Below are positions 49,304 through 60,089 of a DNA stretch of 64,000 bases, in pieces (within the stretch, counting starts at the first letter, position 1; each line of letters begins with the position of its first letter). Under the pieces are notes generated by a model that saw nothing but the letters and a program-made list of their open reading frames with translations, did no database searches and was not told the DNA's origin. This stretch comes from an uncultured virus (IMG/VR IMGVR_UViG_3300028833_000090) (taxonomy: Duplodnaviria; Heunggongvirae; Uroviricota; Caudoviricetes), in the IMG/VR virus record IMGVR_UViG_3300028833_000090. One strand, written 5' to 3'. The translations under genes were made by a program, and so were the position numbers.

Positions 49304-50377
49304 CTAATAATTAAGCAGAACGTTTGTATCCAAAAAATCAATACTACAAGCATCCGCAATTGACTTATCTGTTGAACCATATCCATTAGCTCCTCCATTT
49401 GCACCAAGAAATACAACATCACTTAGTGAATAACGATTATTTGTAGCTGTAAATATTCTATTTATCTCTTGAGCTATTAGATTTGAGGTATAACGATGAT
49501 CATTATTAGGAGTTAAAAGGAATTGGCAATAGCGACTATCTGATATTGTATGTTTCATAAATGTCATAACACACATTCTCAAATAATCTATTACACAAGC
49601 CATATCTCTAGATTGGTCCGATGGTCTTTTCTCATTCAAAGATGTACTACATACCCAACCTCTAACTATTTCATTAGGTACTAATACATAAATAACATCT
49701 GCAGTTATCTTACTCATTTTAAACAAAACTTCCTTCCTCACATAAACATCCGTCAGATCGGATGGAGTTCTATTAATATATGTTAATCTTCCATTATTAA
49801 ATGAGCTAAAACTACATATAATTGTATCAATGAGACTGCAAAAGACTATTTTCTTTGGAATTGTCTGAATATTATTATTGGGTTTGGAATTATTTACACT
49901 CCAACTACCCCAACCACTACCAGTTCCTGGACTATTATTAAATGCATTAAAGGAGTTGTTATTTCCTCCCCAAGACCAACCAGCTGAATTGTTGTTATTG
50001 TTATTACCCCAACCACTATAATTATTGTTATTGTTACTACCCCAAATAGAACTTGACGGTGGAATGTAACTATTATTCTGGTTGCTTGTGAATCCAAAAT
50101 TTCCAGGATTCCAATTATTAGTTTGCTGTTGTTGGGCTGATGGTGGACCAAGAATAGATCCAGTAGAACCACTACCTGTTGCAGGTGTAGTAGGGTTACC
50201 AAACGGTAATGTTGCAGTAGGCATTTGTTGTTGCTTATTTAATTCTTTTTCCTCCTCTAATTTATCATCCATTCCAGGTGATATATCTTCAAAATCAATA
50301 ATATCATCGTCAGAATCATCTGTAGTATTATCGACTACTGTTGTTGAGACTCCGAATTCGTCTTCGCTTCCAAGCAT
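49304..50377 (-). CDS. Low-complexity N/G/S/W domain fused to degenerate HAD/PNKP-like domain
   Basis: IVFCSLIDTII...VFLGA.G..G..STDK..A....IDFLD parallels 45973..46608 but lacks DxD. Confidence 0.75.
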   Translation of the reverse strand: MLGSEDEFGVSTTVVDNTTDDSDDDIIDFEDISPGMDDKLEEEKELNKQQQMPTATLPFGNPTTPATGSGSTGSILGPPSAQQQQTNNWNPGNFGFTSNQNNSYIPPSSSIWGSNNNNNYSGWGNNNNNNSAGWSWGGNNNSFNAFNNSPGTGSGWGSWSVNNSKPNNNIQTIPKKIVFCSLIDTIICSFSSFNNGRLTYINRTPSDLTDVYVRKEVLFKMSKITADVIYVLVPNEIVRGWVCSTSLNEKRPSDQSRDMACVIDYLRMCVMTFMKHTISDSRYCQFLLTPNNDHRYTSNLIAQEINRIFTATNNRYSLSDVVFLGANGGANGYGSTDKSIADACSIDFLDTNVLLNY

Positions 50378-51093
50378 TTTTTCCTCTTGTAATAATCGTT
50401 AATATTCCCCAATCTATACTTTATTTTAGATTTTCCAAAAATCCCCTGACATTCACTTAAAATTTGTGAAAAATCCTCGTTATTCAGAGATTTAAGTACT
50501 ATTTCTTTTAAAAAAGTATATTGTGTGAGTCCTTTGTCTATCCAGATGTTAATTCCATCTGAGAAAACAAAGTCAACCAAATCAGAATTAACTATATCAT
50601 ATATAGCAACACTGATTCCCTTCTTATTATCATAAGAACTAGGTACAATATCTACTACTACTTTAAAATAAAAATAGGAAGTAATTAACCTAATTCTCTC
50701 ATCTGGCAAAAGACTGCTAAATTTGTCCTCAGAAGAACCACGAATAGGTTCATCTACTTCAGGATCCCATGAAAATCCATTTCCATATTCATATTGATAT
50801 CTACTTCTAATAAAATCATATGAACATTTTTGATTAACCAATCGTACTTCTTTATTGAAGTCATGAGATTCCTTTATAACAAATTCATTAAAATATTTTT
50901 TAATAGATTCATGATTGAAGGGCATCTCCCCTAGTTGATTAACTAATTGCTTAGCCTTTTTTATAGCATAATTTAATTCTCTCTTATATTCCTCTTCATC
51001 TAAAATAGCTTTTGGACGATTACGTCGAGTAACATATTCATTCTCAGCACTCTGAACAGGAATAGGAACTACTGTTGTTTTGAGTTTTGGCAT
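50335..51093 (-). CDS. Hypothetical protein
   Basis: 252-aa ORF. Confidence 0.8.
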   Translation of the reverse strand: MPKLKTTVVPIPVQSAENEYVTRRNRPKAILDEEEYKRELNYAIKKAKQLVNQLGEMPFNHESIKKYFNEFVIKESHDFNKEVRLVNQKCSYDFIRSRYQYEYGNGFSWDPEVDEPIRGSSEDKFSSLLPDERIRLITSYFYFKVVVDIVPSSYDNKKGISVAIYDIVNSDLVDFVFSDGINIWIDKGLTQYTFLKEIVLKSLNNEDFSQILSECQGIFGKSKIKYRLGNINDYYKRKKCLEAKTNSESQQQ

Positions 51094-51206
51094 ATAAATC
51101 TGTTTTAATTATTATTTATATTCTTCATAACTTAGAATTTGAAGGTGTAAAATAAAAAGAGTATTGAATATATTTTAATTTATTTCTATATTCAATACTC
51201 ATCTAA

Positions 51207-51638
51207 TTAGTTAACTAAATAACATCTACCCAACTCTTCAATTGAAGTATAATAATTCTTCTTATCTGCTTCGTTAAGATCAACTTTATCCTCTGGAATT
51301 CGAGCATTTTTAGAATGTATATACTTCAAAAATGATGCTTCAACAAAATCAATCCCTGGTGTATTTGTTAATACGTAAATACATTTTCCATAACCCCCCA
51401 TAATAATTTTAAAGAGCATGTATGGAATAATACTTGCTGCTGAAACATTATTCTTAGTAGTTAAATCCAATACTTCGACCGGTCCTATACAATCCTTCTT
51501 CTTAATTGTACCATGAGTCGGTGAAATGTTGTAATTAATGTTCAAAGATGAATCACTTAACGCATACACCTTTGATACCAAGGGCTTCTCATCAACTGAG
51601 TTATTAGCCCTTTCACAAGTTAATTTAAATAATTTCAT
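51207..51638 (-). CDS. Hypothetical protein
   Basis: 143-aa ORF. Confidence 0.75.
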   Translation of the reverse strand: MKLFKLTCERANNSVDEKPLVSKVYALSDSSLNINYNISPTHGTIKKKDCIGPVEVLDLTTKNNVSAASIIPYMLFKIIMGGYGKCIYVLTNTPGIDFVEASFLKYIHSKNARIPEDKVDLNEADKKNYYTSIEELGRCYLVN

Positions 51639-51738
51639 TTTATTGTGTTTTTAATTAATATTTAACGTAGATAAGATTTTTAGTGCGTATAAAATCCTAA
51701 ACTCTTATTACTGATTAACTAAAAAATATAAAAATACC

Positions 51739-51951
51739 ATGAATAGAATAATTCACTACTTATTTGCAACAGCAAAAACAATACAGCTATTATTTGTATT
51801 GTTACTTACCTCCATATTGTATCTCATTTGCTTAAATAATGCAGATTTTAATCAACGATGGCAATTTGAATCTTGTAATTTTTCAGATTTATACCCAGAA
51901 GGTGATAAAAACATCCTTGAGACTGTAAAAAAATTTTGGAGGTTTAAATAA
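51739..51951 (+). CDS. Small membrane protein
   Basis: One TM segment; promoter motif at ~51698. Confidence 0.65.
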   Translation: MNRIIHYLFATAKTIQLLFVLLLTSILYLICLNNADFNQRWQFESCNFSDLYPEGDKNILETVKKFWRFK

Positions 51952-52070
51952 GCTCAAATCCTTGATATTGAGAGAGTAATAATGTATAAAAGCATTGTTA
52001 CTCTCTATATTTTCTTTGCTAACAAAACACAATTAACAAATTTTTAATTTTAATTAAAACTACACAAAAA

Positions 52071-52469
52071 ATGGCAACATCGAAGACTAACGCTGCTGAA
52101 GAGGCAGCAAAGAAGGCAGCAGAAGCAGCTGCCGCAGCACAGAACAACGCAACAGAAACTCCCGCAGCTCCTGCAGCAGTAGCAACAACACCTGCTACAC
52201 CTGCACCCGCACAGCCGAAGACTCCCCTTTACAAGAGGCCGGGATTTTGGCTCGGAGTAGGCGGCGTAGTAGCCATCGCAACCGCTTTTGGTGCTGGCTA
52301 CAAACGAGGTGAGAAGGCTGGCCGTGAGGCAGCCTTGGCAGAAGAGGAAGAAGACAAGATCGCCAACGCAATCGGCGCAGGCATCGCTTCCGCTAACGAC
52401 CACAACAGTGGTAATGGTGGCAACTCCAACTCTGGCAGCAACAGTCGTGACAACAACCGTCGTGGTTAA
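52071..52469 (+). CDS. Ala/Pro-rich single-TM protein
   Basis: FWLGVGGVVAIATAFGAGY TM; biased codon usage; own promoter and terminator. Confidence 0.85.
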   Translation: MATSKTNAAEEAAKKAAEAAAAAQNNATETPAAPAAVATTPATPAPAQPKTPLYKRPGFWLGVGGVVAIATAFGAGYKRGEKAGREAALAEEEEDKIANAIGAGIASANDHNSGNGGNSNSGSNSRDNNRRG

Positions 52470-52541
52470 TGACAATTAACCACCTAAGAAAAAAAATCAG
52501 ATACTTTTTAATAGTATCTGATTTTTTTTTATTTCCTAAAA

Positions 52542-53162
52542 TTAGCTCAATTTAGTCCAATCATCTTCAACAAGCTGATCAGAATATTTCTTAATTAGCT
52601 CCTTTTGAGCTTCTTCGGGATTCTTTTGTAATATGCAGTAAACGGCTGCATATTCGTCCTTATTTTCAACTGGATCTATTATCTTAATATCGAATTTACA
52701 TGTACCAGTTTGAGGGTTGATGCTCAAATACTGATCATAATTCTTTATTAAGATAAATCTACGATTGGCTTGTAATGCTGCTGTAGATTCCTTTTTCAAA
52801 TTCTCAAAGGAGTAGCCCTCTAGTGGGATAAATTCTGAATGAGCCATCATGTACCCAACCGCTGTAGATTGAAATTCCTGTAAGAAAGTTACTAGTGTGT
52901 TCGCAACCTCTTGACACATCATCTGAAGATTTTCCTCAGAGTATCTATCACCATAAGATAATTTAACCTCGATAAAATCATTACTACCGAGCATTGGTGA
53001 TGATGCAATAGGAAAATCCTCTACAGTTAATACTGGATTATCAATCTTAGATAAAACTTTAGTCTTAGCTAAATTAATGAAATTCTTTTTGAATTTTTCG
53101 AATATAGAATTTCTCTTAAGATACATGGATATACATCCATTTTTAACCGCAATTGTTATCAT
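52542..53162 (-). CDS. Hypothetical protein
   Basis: 206-aa ORF. Confidence 0.8.
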   Translation of the reverse strand: MITIAVKNGCISMYLKRNSIFEKFKKNFINLAKTKVLSKIDNPVLTVEDFPIASSPMLGSNDFIEVKLSYGDRYSEENLQMMCQEVANTLVTFLQEFQSTAVGYMMAHSEFIPLEGYSFENLKKESTAALQANRRFILIKNYDQYLSINPQTGTCKFDIKIIDPVENKDEYAAVYCILQKNPEEAQKELIKKYSDQLVEDDWTKLS

Positions 53163-53286
53163 AGTTTATAAGTAATTATTGATTCTTTTTTATATAAAAT
53201 ATAACCCTTTATTTTTCAAGTTTAAGATTTTTGGGGGTATTTAATTCCTTAAATGTGCACTGAAAATAATTAAATAGCAGAAAATT

Positions 53287-53838
53287 ATGTCTTTATATCT
53301 AATTAGAACATTTGGAAGAAACGCAAAGAAAACAGCATTAAAAGTCGGCTATACTAGCGATTTAAAGAATAGAATTGATTCCTATAAATACCACAATCCA
53401 TTCTCAGAATTGATTTCTACGAGAGAAGGTAGTAATTTAGATGAAGTAAGAGTTCATTCATATCTTAAATCATTAGGTTATAAGTTAGATTTACTTAATG
53501 AATGGTTTAAAGATGTTGATGATGTCATTCAGTTATTTCATAAGCCTTTTGAAACAATGAATGGAGTAATTTGGAAAAATAGAGATAACTTATTCACTAT
53601 AAACGATTTTAAAAGTGAAAATATAATGAATAAGTTATATGAAGAATTGAAATTAATACAGAATCCAGTAGGAGGTTGGAAAGATGTTTTTCATCTTCCT
53701 AAATCAAAAGTAGATAAAGATTGGAATTTTGTTCAATTCAATCGTTGTGTTAGAAATTTTAGATTAACTGATGATATTGATTATAAGAAAAAAATATACA
53801 TTGATTTTTACGTCAATGTATATTTTTTGTTGCATTAA
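53287..53838 (+). CDS. GIY-YIG-like (T5orf172/MUG113) protein
   Basis: LYLI...LKVGYT..L.NR...Y...NP...E..VH...EWF. Confidence 0.8.
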   Translation: MSLYLIRTFGRNAKKTALKVGYTSDLKNRIDSYKYHNPFSELISTREGSNLDEVRVHSYLKSLGYKLDLLNEWFKDVDDVIQLFHKPFETMNGVIWKNRDNLFTINDFKSENIMNKLYEELKLIQNPVGGWKDVFHLPKSKVDKDWNFVQFNRCVRNFRLTDDIDYKKKIYIDFYVNVYFLLH

Positions 53839-54551
53839 AAACCTGCATTTTTCAATGCAACAAACAGAGGGTTACTTTCATGTTTAATCCTCTTCTCTTC
53901 TTTTTGCTTCTTCTTCTCTGATTCCTTAAAGCAAAAAGACCAAACATCTTTCTTTTTTCTGAGAAAGAATAATATTACTTCTTCAGTAATATTCCCTTTA
54001 TGACCATAACAGTCATCCCAGATTTTTCTGTGCTGTTTTTGCAGCCATAGTAAATCTGAGCAGACTTTCAGTATGTTCTGAAAGGGACTCCATACCCTCG
54101 AAAGCTCTCTCAAGGATATTTCTGATTGACAATATCTCCAACCTTTTGAATCAGGTTCGGATGGTGATAATGCCTTACACATAGTCGGTCTATCTTCCCA
54201 AGAGAGCAGACAACCAGTGCTTGACCAGTGACAGCAACTCTTATCGCCAGATGCTGGTAATATCACTTTATTACAACACCAATCACGACCGGCTAGTTCT
54301 TCTTCAGAAAGTGGATCATACTCTCCGAAGAAATTGTAACTGCTTGGTTTCCCAATACCTTCAAGTATTCGGTATTTAGTTTCCAAACAATTCGGAAATA
54401 ACGCATCTAAAATTTTTGCGTTATTTTCATCTTGACCTTCTTCCAAGCCAAGCTGCTCAGGGAAATAAGCCCCGGGCATACGGAGGCAACATTCACCTCC
54501 ACAACGAGCACAAATACTCTTGCACTCGTTGTTTTTAATATCTTTTATCAT
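53835..54551 (-). CDS. CxxCxxCC (YkgJ-like) Zn/Fe-S protein
   Basis: CARCGGECC...CCHW...GCLL.WEDRPTMC. Confidence 0.8.
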   Translation of the reverse strand: MIKDIKNNECKSICARCGGECCLRMPGAYFPEQLGLEEGQDENNAKILDALFPNCLETKYRILEGIGKPSSYNFFGEYDPLSEEELAGRDWCCNKVILPASGDKSCCHWSSTGCLLSWEDRPTMCKALSPSEPDSKGWRYCQSEISLRELSRVWSPFQNILKVCSDLLWLQKQHRKIWDDCYGHKGNITEEVILFFLRKKKDVWSFCFKESEKKKQKEEKRIKHESNPLFVALKNAGF

Positions 54552-54734
54552 AATATTTTTTTATTAATGTTAATGATTTGAAAAATAAAAAGAAGATAGC
54601 AAAGCACGCTTATCTTCTTCAATATTAAGGGTTTAAAGGAAAAAGAAATGGGAGGAAGAAAAAAAAAATCGTAACCCAAAAGGTTACGATTTTTTTTTTA
54701 ATAGAGTTGTGTGTGTCGTGCGTTGAATCGTCGG

Positions 54735-55220
54735 TTAGTCGAAGCTTAGCTTCTTTACAAAACGACGCACCGGCTTCTTGCGGAACTTTAGGTCAGAGAT
54801 CTGTGCGTTAAGATCAGAGATCTGGTTGTCGATTTTCTGGTTCTCTGTCTCGTCAGCCTCGGCCTGCGCCTTGGCTTCCGCTTCTGCGGCCTTTGCGTCT
54901 TCCTCCTTGGCGGACTTGTAGAGGTCAACCGTAGATTTGAAAAACGCAATAGCGTTGTGAAGAATCGACCTGAAGGGGAACTGGGCAACCAGAACCCTTT
55001 TAATCTTAGGTTCTACTTCTTCGTCTCCGGCTCCGGAGTCGGAATCAGAGTTACCAGCAACCAAGGCATATGTCTTAATATTGCCTTTTTTGTCAGTGGT
55101 TATTTCACCACTGAAAACTGTGTACTCCTCCTTTTCTGAGTCTGTGGCAACATCGTTACCACAAGCGGCAATGAAGCCCTCGAACGTGTCGAGCGTGTTC
55201 TTTACGAATTCAGTATTCAT
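54735..55220 (-). CDS. Hypothetical protein, probably highly expressed
   Basis: GC-richer biased codons; own promoter and terminator. Confidence 0.8.
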   Translation of the reverse strand: MNTEFVKNTLDTFEGFIAACGNDVATDSEKEEYTVFSGEITTDKKGNIKTYALVAGNSDSDSGAGDEEVEPKIKRVLVAQFPFRSILHNAIAFFKSTVDLYKSAKEEDAKAAEAEAKAQAEADETENQKIDNQISDLNAQISDLKFRKKPVRRFVKKLSFD

Positions 55221-55420
55221 ATTGTTGTAGTTTTTTAGTTAAATAATGAATTATTTGTGTTCATATGTAAGGGTATCAGGCATTTAGAAACGTATTTTCA
55301 TATATCCAAAAATATGGCCATCTTTACCTTTATTTATGTTTTTTTTTATATTTTTTGTTCATATAAAAGCTATTAAGCACCTATAGGTATAATTTTCATA
55401 TACTTATAGGTGCTTAATAT

Positions 55421-55828
55421 TTAATCCATTTTTATGATTAATTTATTTAAATCACAAATAGGTAAACTTACTATCGTATCCGTATTTTTATCTACTCTAA
55501 TAAAATCAGAATAGTCAAGTGTGTAAATAAACAATTGATCCGTAGATCCTTTTATTTGAAGCCTAACTAAGTAAGAAACATTTTCGGAATCATTATCGCC
55601 ATCACTACGAATAACATATTCATTTTCATCGTCTATAAAAACATCGGGGGTATTATAAATTTTCTCATCATAAGAAATCGTAATACAACCATTATCATCC
55701 GAGTCTAAATTTATCCCGTATTTATCAGATAGATAATGTAAATCTACGAAATTACTACGACAATTATCAAATTTAAACTGGCCTATAAATTCCATTTTAG
55801 GCCCCTCTACCCAATCTCTTTTTATCAT
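55421..55828 (-). CDS. Hypothetical protein
   Basis: 135-aa ORF. Confidence 0.75.
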   Translation of the reverse strand: MIKRDWVEGPKMEFIGQFKFDNCRSNFVDLHYLSDKYGINLDSDDNGCITISYDEKIYNTPDVFIDDENEYVIRSDGDNDSENVSYLVRLQIKGSTDQLFIYTLDYSDFIRVDKNTDTIVSLPICDLNKLIIKMD

Positions 55829-55898
55829 TTCTTTCCTTTATTACATCCGATTATTAGAATAGTAATCGCTATTATAGCGGCAATAAATAATACTATAA

Positions 55899-56624
55899 TC
55901 ATTTTAGTAATACTTTGAATTCACCGTCAGAATAATCAATAGTTACTTCATTCACTCTAGAACTATCGAAAGGATTTTCGTATCCAAGAATCTTTTCTAC
56001 GAATTTATATATATCAGTGGAATATACTATAGATGTGCTTAGAAGCTTTTCCAAGTGAGAGCATATATTCTTTATACGTTCTTCCTTGGTTACGTTAGGC
56101 TCTGGACATAAATAATTATCACTGTAATAAACCGATTTATTTAAGTCAGTTAAATAATTTCGTCTCTCAAATAATTTATGATTATCTAACAGTTCCACGG
56201 GATGTTTATTATCCCCATCACAAATTAATACTTCAACCTTAGAACAGTAGGTCTTTACTTTTGTAATAGAGATACTCATAGTAACATTACCTCTTGTTGA
56301 GTCGAATGTTATTATTTCAGCACGATCAGTTGATTTTGCCCCTAATTTACTTTTTTTGAACTTAACTTTGTGATCTATAGTTCTTGTAAGTAAATCATCT
56401 GTGCTTGATGAGCCTAATTTATTTATTGTATTCAATAAACGTTTAGCGTTAAATCTAGCTCCATCAGCTTCTGTATACCAGGAAACATTTATAAGAAAAT
56501 AATCTAGTATATCCTTACAAATGTCAAAATCATCTTTATCCTGTTTATATTCGGATCTCAATGATTCAATATCTTGTCGTGCTTTGTAAACACTATCTGC
56601 TGCAGTTATTGTTATTTTGCTCAT
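55899..56624 (-). CDS. Hypothetical protein
   Basis: 241-aa ORF. Confidence 0.8.
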   Translation of the reverse strand: MSKITITAADSVYKARQDIESLRSEYKQDKDDFDICKDILDYFLINVSWYTEADGARFNAKRLLNTINKLGSSSTDDLLTRTIDHKVKFKKSKLGAKSTDRAEIITFDSTRGNVTMSISITKVKTYCSKVEVLICDGDNKHPVELLDNHKLFERRNYLTDLNKSVYYSDNYLCPEPNVTKEERIKNICSHLEKLLSTSIVYSTDIYKFVEKILGYENPFDSSRVNEVTIDYSDGEFKVLLK

Positions 56625-56629
56625 AATAT

Positions 56630-57475
56630 TTATATTTTTATCATTTTAGGATTATTATTCTCAATTATAAACGCATATTTTGTATTTATTATACTAAGCA
56701 CTCTAGCTACCCTTCCGAATGCATCTATAAAAATTCCTGAATCAATATTTAAAAGAGTCCAATGTTCAAAAAGATCATTAATCTGTTTTAACTCTCTTTC
56801 TTTTAGCTCATAAAATATTGGTTCTCTCTTAATTCTCTCTAAATCAATACTAGTTTCTAGAGTTCTCATGGATGAAGTTATAGATCTAAAGTAATCATGA
56901 ATTGGTGAAACAACCTTATCTACCTTCTCAATCCAATCATCTTTAGAACTTATCTGTATTGAGTTAGAAAAATCCGATAAATCCTGTATTTCTATAATCG
57001 GAAAGTATTCAGAATCTAGCTTAATTCTTAATACCAGCGAACCAATAGAACCAACTATACCGAGTGAACCCCTACCTGATATAGAATCAAACTCATCACA
57101 GGTTATGAATTCATCAAATAATGGTTCATTTACGTATGGGGTGTAATATTTATCACCTTCTTGGAAAAGATTCTTGCTATTTATTTTATTGATATTTAGC
57201 ATTTCTAGGTGATAACTACATACCTCAAAGTATTGATCCTCTTTTTCTCTTTCAGAAAATGAATTATAACTTGGATAGAGTGAGCTGAACGATTGTCCCT
57301 CACTTCCAAATTCTTCTGAAAGAGTTTTAATTACCTGATCCCTTACAAATTTATTTCTATTCTCCTCTTTTAATTTGAGCAGAATAGGCAATAAGCTATT
57401 CATAAATTGTCCGAAATTTGTACTATCGTACTTTCTATCGTAATTAGGCGTAATAATTATAGGTACTACTTCCAT
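56630..57475 (-). CDS. Hypothetical protein
   Basis: 281-aa ORF. Confidence 0.8.
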   Translation of the reverse strand: MEVVPIIITPNYDRKYDSTNFGQFMNSLLPILLKLKEENRNKFVRDQVIKTLSEEFGSEGQSFSSLYPSYNSFSEREKEDQYFEVCSYHLEMLNINKINSKNLFQEGDKYYTPYVNEPLFDEFITCDEFDSISGRGSLGIVGSIGSLVLRIKLDSEYFPIIEIQDLSDFSNSIQISSKDDWIEKVDKVVSPIHDYFRSITSSMRTLETSIDLERIKREPIFYELKERELKQINDLFEHWTLLNIDSGIFIDAFGRVARVLSIINTKYAFIIENNNPKMIKI

Positions 57476-58359
57476 TCGAATATTATATTATCGTTATTAT
57501 CAATACCAAACGTTAGAGTCGGTAAAGAGTTAGTTACACTCTTTATTGTCTTTATCGCTGAGTAAATCAAATCATTTAATCTATTTAATAGATAAATATA
57601 TTCCTCTGAATAAAAAATTCTAGTTTGATAATTTTTCATTGAATCATTTATACTATTTTCAATAACTTGAAGATACTTCTGATAATCTTTTGTAGCGTCT
57701 ACGGCACCTCCCCAATCCAAACTATAACCGTAAGTAAATCCAAGCTGTTCTAACTCACTTTTCCAGTTATCCTTTGTAAAACAGATGGATTTGTTCTTCC
57801 CAGAATTATCCACTAATAGAATGTCAAAACTTGGGTATTTAATGCCATTAACTTTACACATGTCAATAGATAAATTAACATTTCCTATCTTCCACATACC
57901 ATTAATTATACTTTTATTCCAGAAAGTATGAGGATCACGAAAATAATTCTTAAGATTATCTTCATTCTTTCTATAACTAATTAACGATACTTTTGCTTCT
58001 TTAAAGAATGTGTCAGAAACCGTATCTAGTTTCCTTGCTGTAGATGGGTCTCTTTTTGTATACGTTGGTATGTGTTGATTAAATTTATTAAATTCAGTTT
58101 TAAAGTATGTATAAATTTCAGGCTTATAAATAACCTGTTCATTCGCATAAAAACCAAACTTAATAAAAAATCTATCTATAAAAGCTAATGCTTTATAGAA
58201 ATCGTTTTTGAAATACTTAGTTTTCTTAAATAGTTCATTAAATACCCTCCAAATTTCCCCAATTCTTGCATTTTGTAATGCTTTATCAGGATTCTTTGTA
58301 GGGTATTTTAGAGATGATTCATTCTCGTAAACTTTTAAGTTTATTTGATCTCTAATCAT
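57466..58359 (-). CDS. Hypothetical protein
   Basis: 297-aa ORF. Confidence 0.8.
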   Translation of the reverse strand: MIRDQINLKVYENESSLKYPTKNPDKALQNARIGEIWRVFNELFKKTKYFKNDFYKALAFIDRFFIKFGFYANEQVIYKPEIYTYFKTEFNKFNQHIPTYTKRDPSTARKLDTVSDTFFKEAKVSLISYRKNEDNLKNYFRDPHTFWNKSIINGMWKIGNVNLSIDMCKVNGIKYPSFDILLVDNSGKNKSICFTKDNWKSELEQLGFTYGYSLDWGGAVDATKDYQKYLQVIENSINDSMKNYQTRIFYSEEYIYLLNRLNDLIYSAIKTIKSVTNSLPTLTFGIDNNDNIIFEWK

Positions 58360-58487
58360 ATTTAGTTAATTTTATTTAATTAATATTCAGTAATAAAGAA
58401 ATCACCGGTCCTTGAAATTACAAAAATGGAGTTGAATAATGACAAAAGTCTTAATGATAGGAATCTTAAAATATAAATATAAATATT

Positions 58488-59063
58488 ATGCAGAATTTAA
58501 ATGATAGAATAATGGTTCTTTATCCTGGGGATCAATTACCTCAGATGACGACAGATGCAATTAAAATATATTTAGCTGGAACAATGGATTTTGGATCACA
58601 AGAAAACGATTGGCAGACAAAATTTGCCAATGGTGTAGTTCAACTAACTGACCCAATTAAGGGTATATTAATGTACAAAACTACAAGATTTGTAATTTTT
58701 AATCCCCACGTACCGCCACAGAATCAAGAAGCACCAGATTTGAATAATCCAGAATTTGTTCAAACAATGCAATGGAGAATGCAAATGCAGGATATGGCTG
58801 ATATTGTTTTTGTCAATATCATGAATAAATCAAAATCTCCAGTACCTATTCTTGAATTTGGATCTAATTTAAGATCTGGTAAGATGATTGTTAGATGTGG
58901 AGAACAGCACATAATGTATTCTCAAATTCGTCTGTATTGTGAGAAATATAATGTTCCTCTTCTAAACGGAACAGCTAATGTTAAGGATATTTTGTTGATG
59001 ATGGGTAGTTTCGTATCTAAATTCCAACAAGATAATCCACAGAATCCAGGATTACCAAGTTAA
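58488..59063 (+). CDS. Nucleoside 2-deoxyribosyltransferase-like protein
   Basis: KIYLAGTM...WQ...IFNP...QW....ADIV...SPVPILEFG. Confidence 0.8.
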   Translation: MQNLNDRIMVLYPGDQLPQMTTDAIKIYLAGTMDFGSQENDWQTKFANGVVQLTDPIKGILMYKTTRFVIFNPHVPPQNQEAPDLNNPEFVQTMQWRMQMQDMADIVFVNIMNKSKSPVPILEFGSNLRSGKMIVRCGEQHIMYSQIRLYCEKYNVPLLNGTANVKDILLMMGSFVSKFQQDNPQNPGLPS

Positions 59064-59087
59064 TAATAATTAAAAACATAAAATAAA

Positions 59088-59648
59088 ATGGAATTAATAA
59101 AATACATATTTAGGTTACTTTGGAGGAAAATAAAGTCTATTTTTGAAATTGAGTCAGAACGTAAATCACCTGAAATAGTCAATGAAGCTATAGATCCTAT
59201 TTCTCCAGAAGCGATAAATTCTTCACTATCCTTTGTAGATCCAGAAAATCCTGTTTTTGTGAATTTAAAAAAGATAGTTACAGAGTCCGGTATTGATAAT
59301 TTAACGGATTTGGTTAATTTCTTCACAATTTGTTACGAAAATAGACTAAAACCTAACTGGTGTGAAGAAACGATTTTAGGATTAAAAGATAATAATAGAA
59401 AATTAAACACAGCTGGAAAAATGAATTTTATACTACTTAATCAAGCATTAGAAGCATTTTTCTTAAATATGGGCTGTAAAATTGACCAAACGGATGAGGG
59501 TAAGCGTGATTTGAAGAAGGCTATTACTTGGACTATAACAGAAATGACTGATAAATGGATTGATTTTATCTCACGCGATACACTAGCTAATGCTGTTAGT
59601 TTAATTTTCAGAGAAAGGAATAAGAAAGAATGGGAAGTTTTAGATTAA
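59088..59648 (+). CDS. Hypothetical protein, paralog of 60090..60485
   Basis: GIDNLTDLVNFF...DKWIDF. Confidence 0.8.
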   Translation: MELIKYIFRLLWRKIKSIFEIESERKSPEIVNEAIDPISPEAINSSLSFVDPENPVFVNLKKIVTESGIDNLTDLVNFFTICYENRLKPNWCEETILGLKDNNRKLNTAGKMNFILLNQALEAFFLNMGCKIDQTDEGKRDLKKAITWTITEMTDKWIDFISRDTLANAVSLIFRERNKKEWEVLD

Positions 59649-59947
59649 AAAGAAAAACATTTGGACTTTTAGGAGGACCAGTAGAAGCGATGCACGCTAA
59701 AAAAGCAATGCAAATGGATGCTCTTAAGCACGGAGAAATAGGTTCATTTATAAAACAAGGATTTATACAAACCCCAGGCGCTGCTCAAAAATATCTAGAC
59801 AGAAACCCTGGCTCAAAATATTCGAGTGTTATAAAGGACATGTATGGGAAACGGGTAACCGTACCCTCTACAAACGCATCTATGGCTATGGATGCACCCG
59901 CAGGTCCTAGCATTGGCGGAACTGGAGCAGGTGTTGGAGGATACTAA
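59630..59947 (+). CDS. Small protein with MGSFRLKRKTFG tag variant
   Basis: N-terminus resembles MIVYRTKQYGLLG of 12321..12782. Confidence 0.75.
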   Translation: MGSFRLKRKTFGLLGGPVEAMHAKKAMQMDALKHGEIGSFIKQGFIQTPGAAQKYLDRNPGSKYSSVIKDMYGKRVTVPSTNASMAMDAPAGPSIGGTGAGVGGY

Positions 59948-60089
59948 ATAATATTGAATCCTTACCGGTTTTTTATGTGTTTTTTACCGGACGGATTCCT
60001 TTGATGGACAGGATGCGCACCTGTCCATCTATTTTTTTTTACTCCTTCAAACTCTAATTAACGATATTAACTAAAAAATTACTTATATC

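Noticed and set aside
52050..52475. Antisense or alternate-frame ORFs (also 1212..1640, 7641..8204, 33630..33947, 49894..50402)
   Set aside because: Fully overlap better-supported genes; explained by codon bias or low complexity
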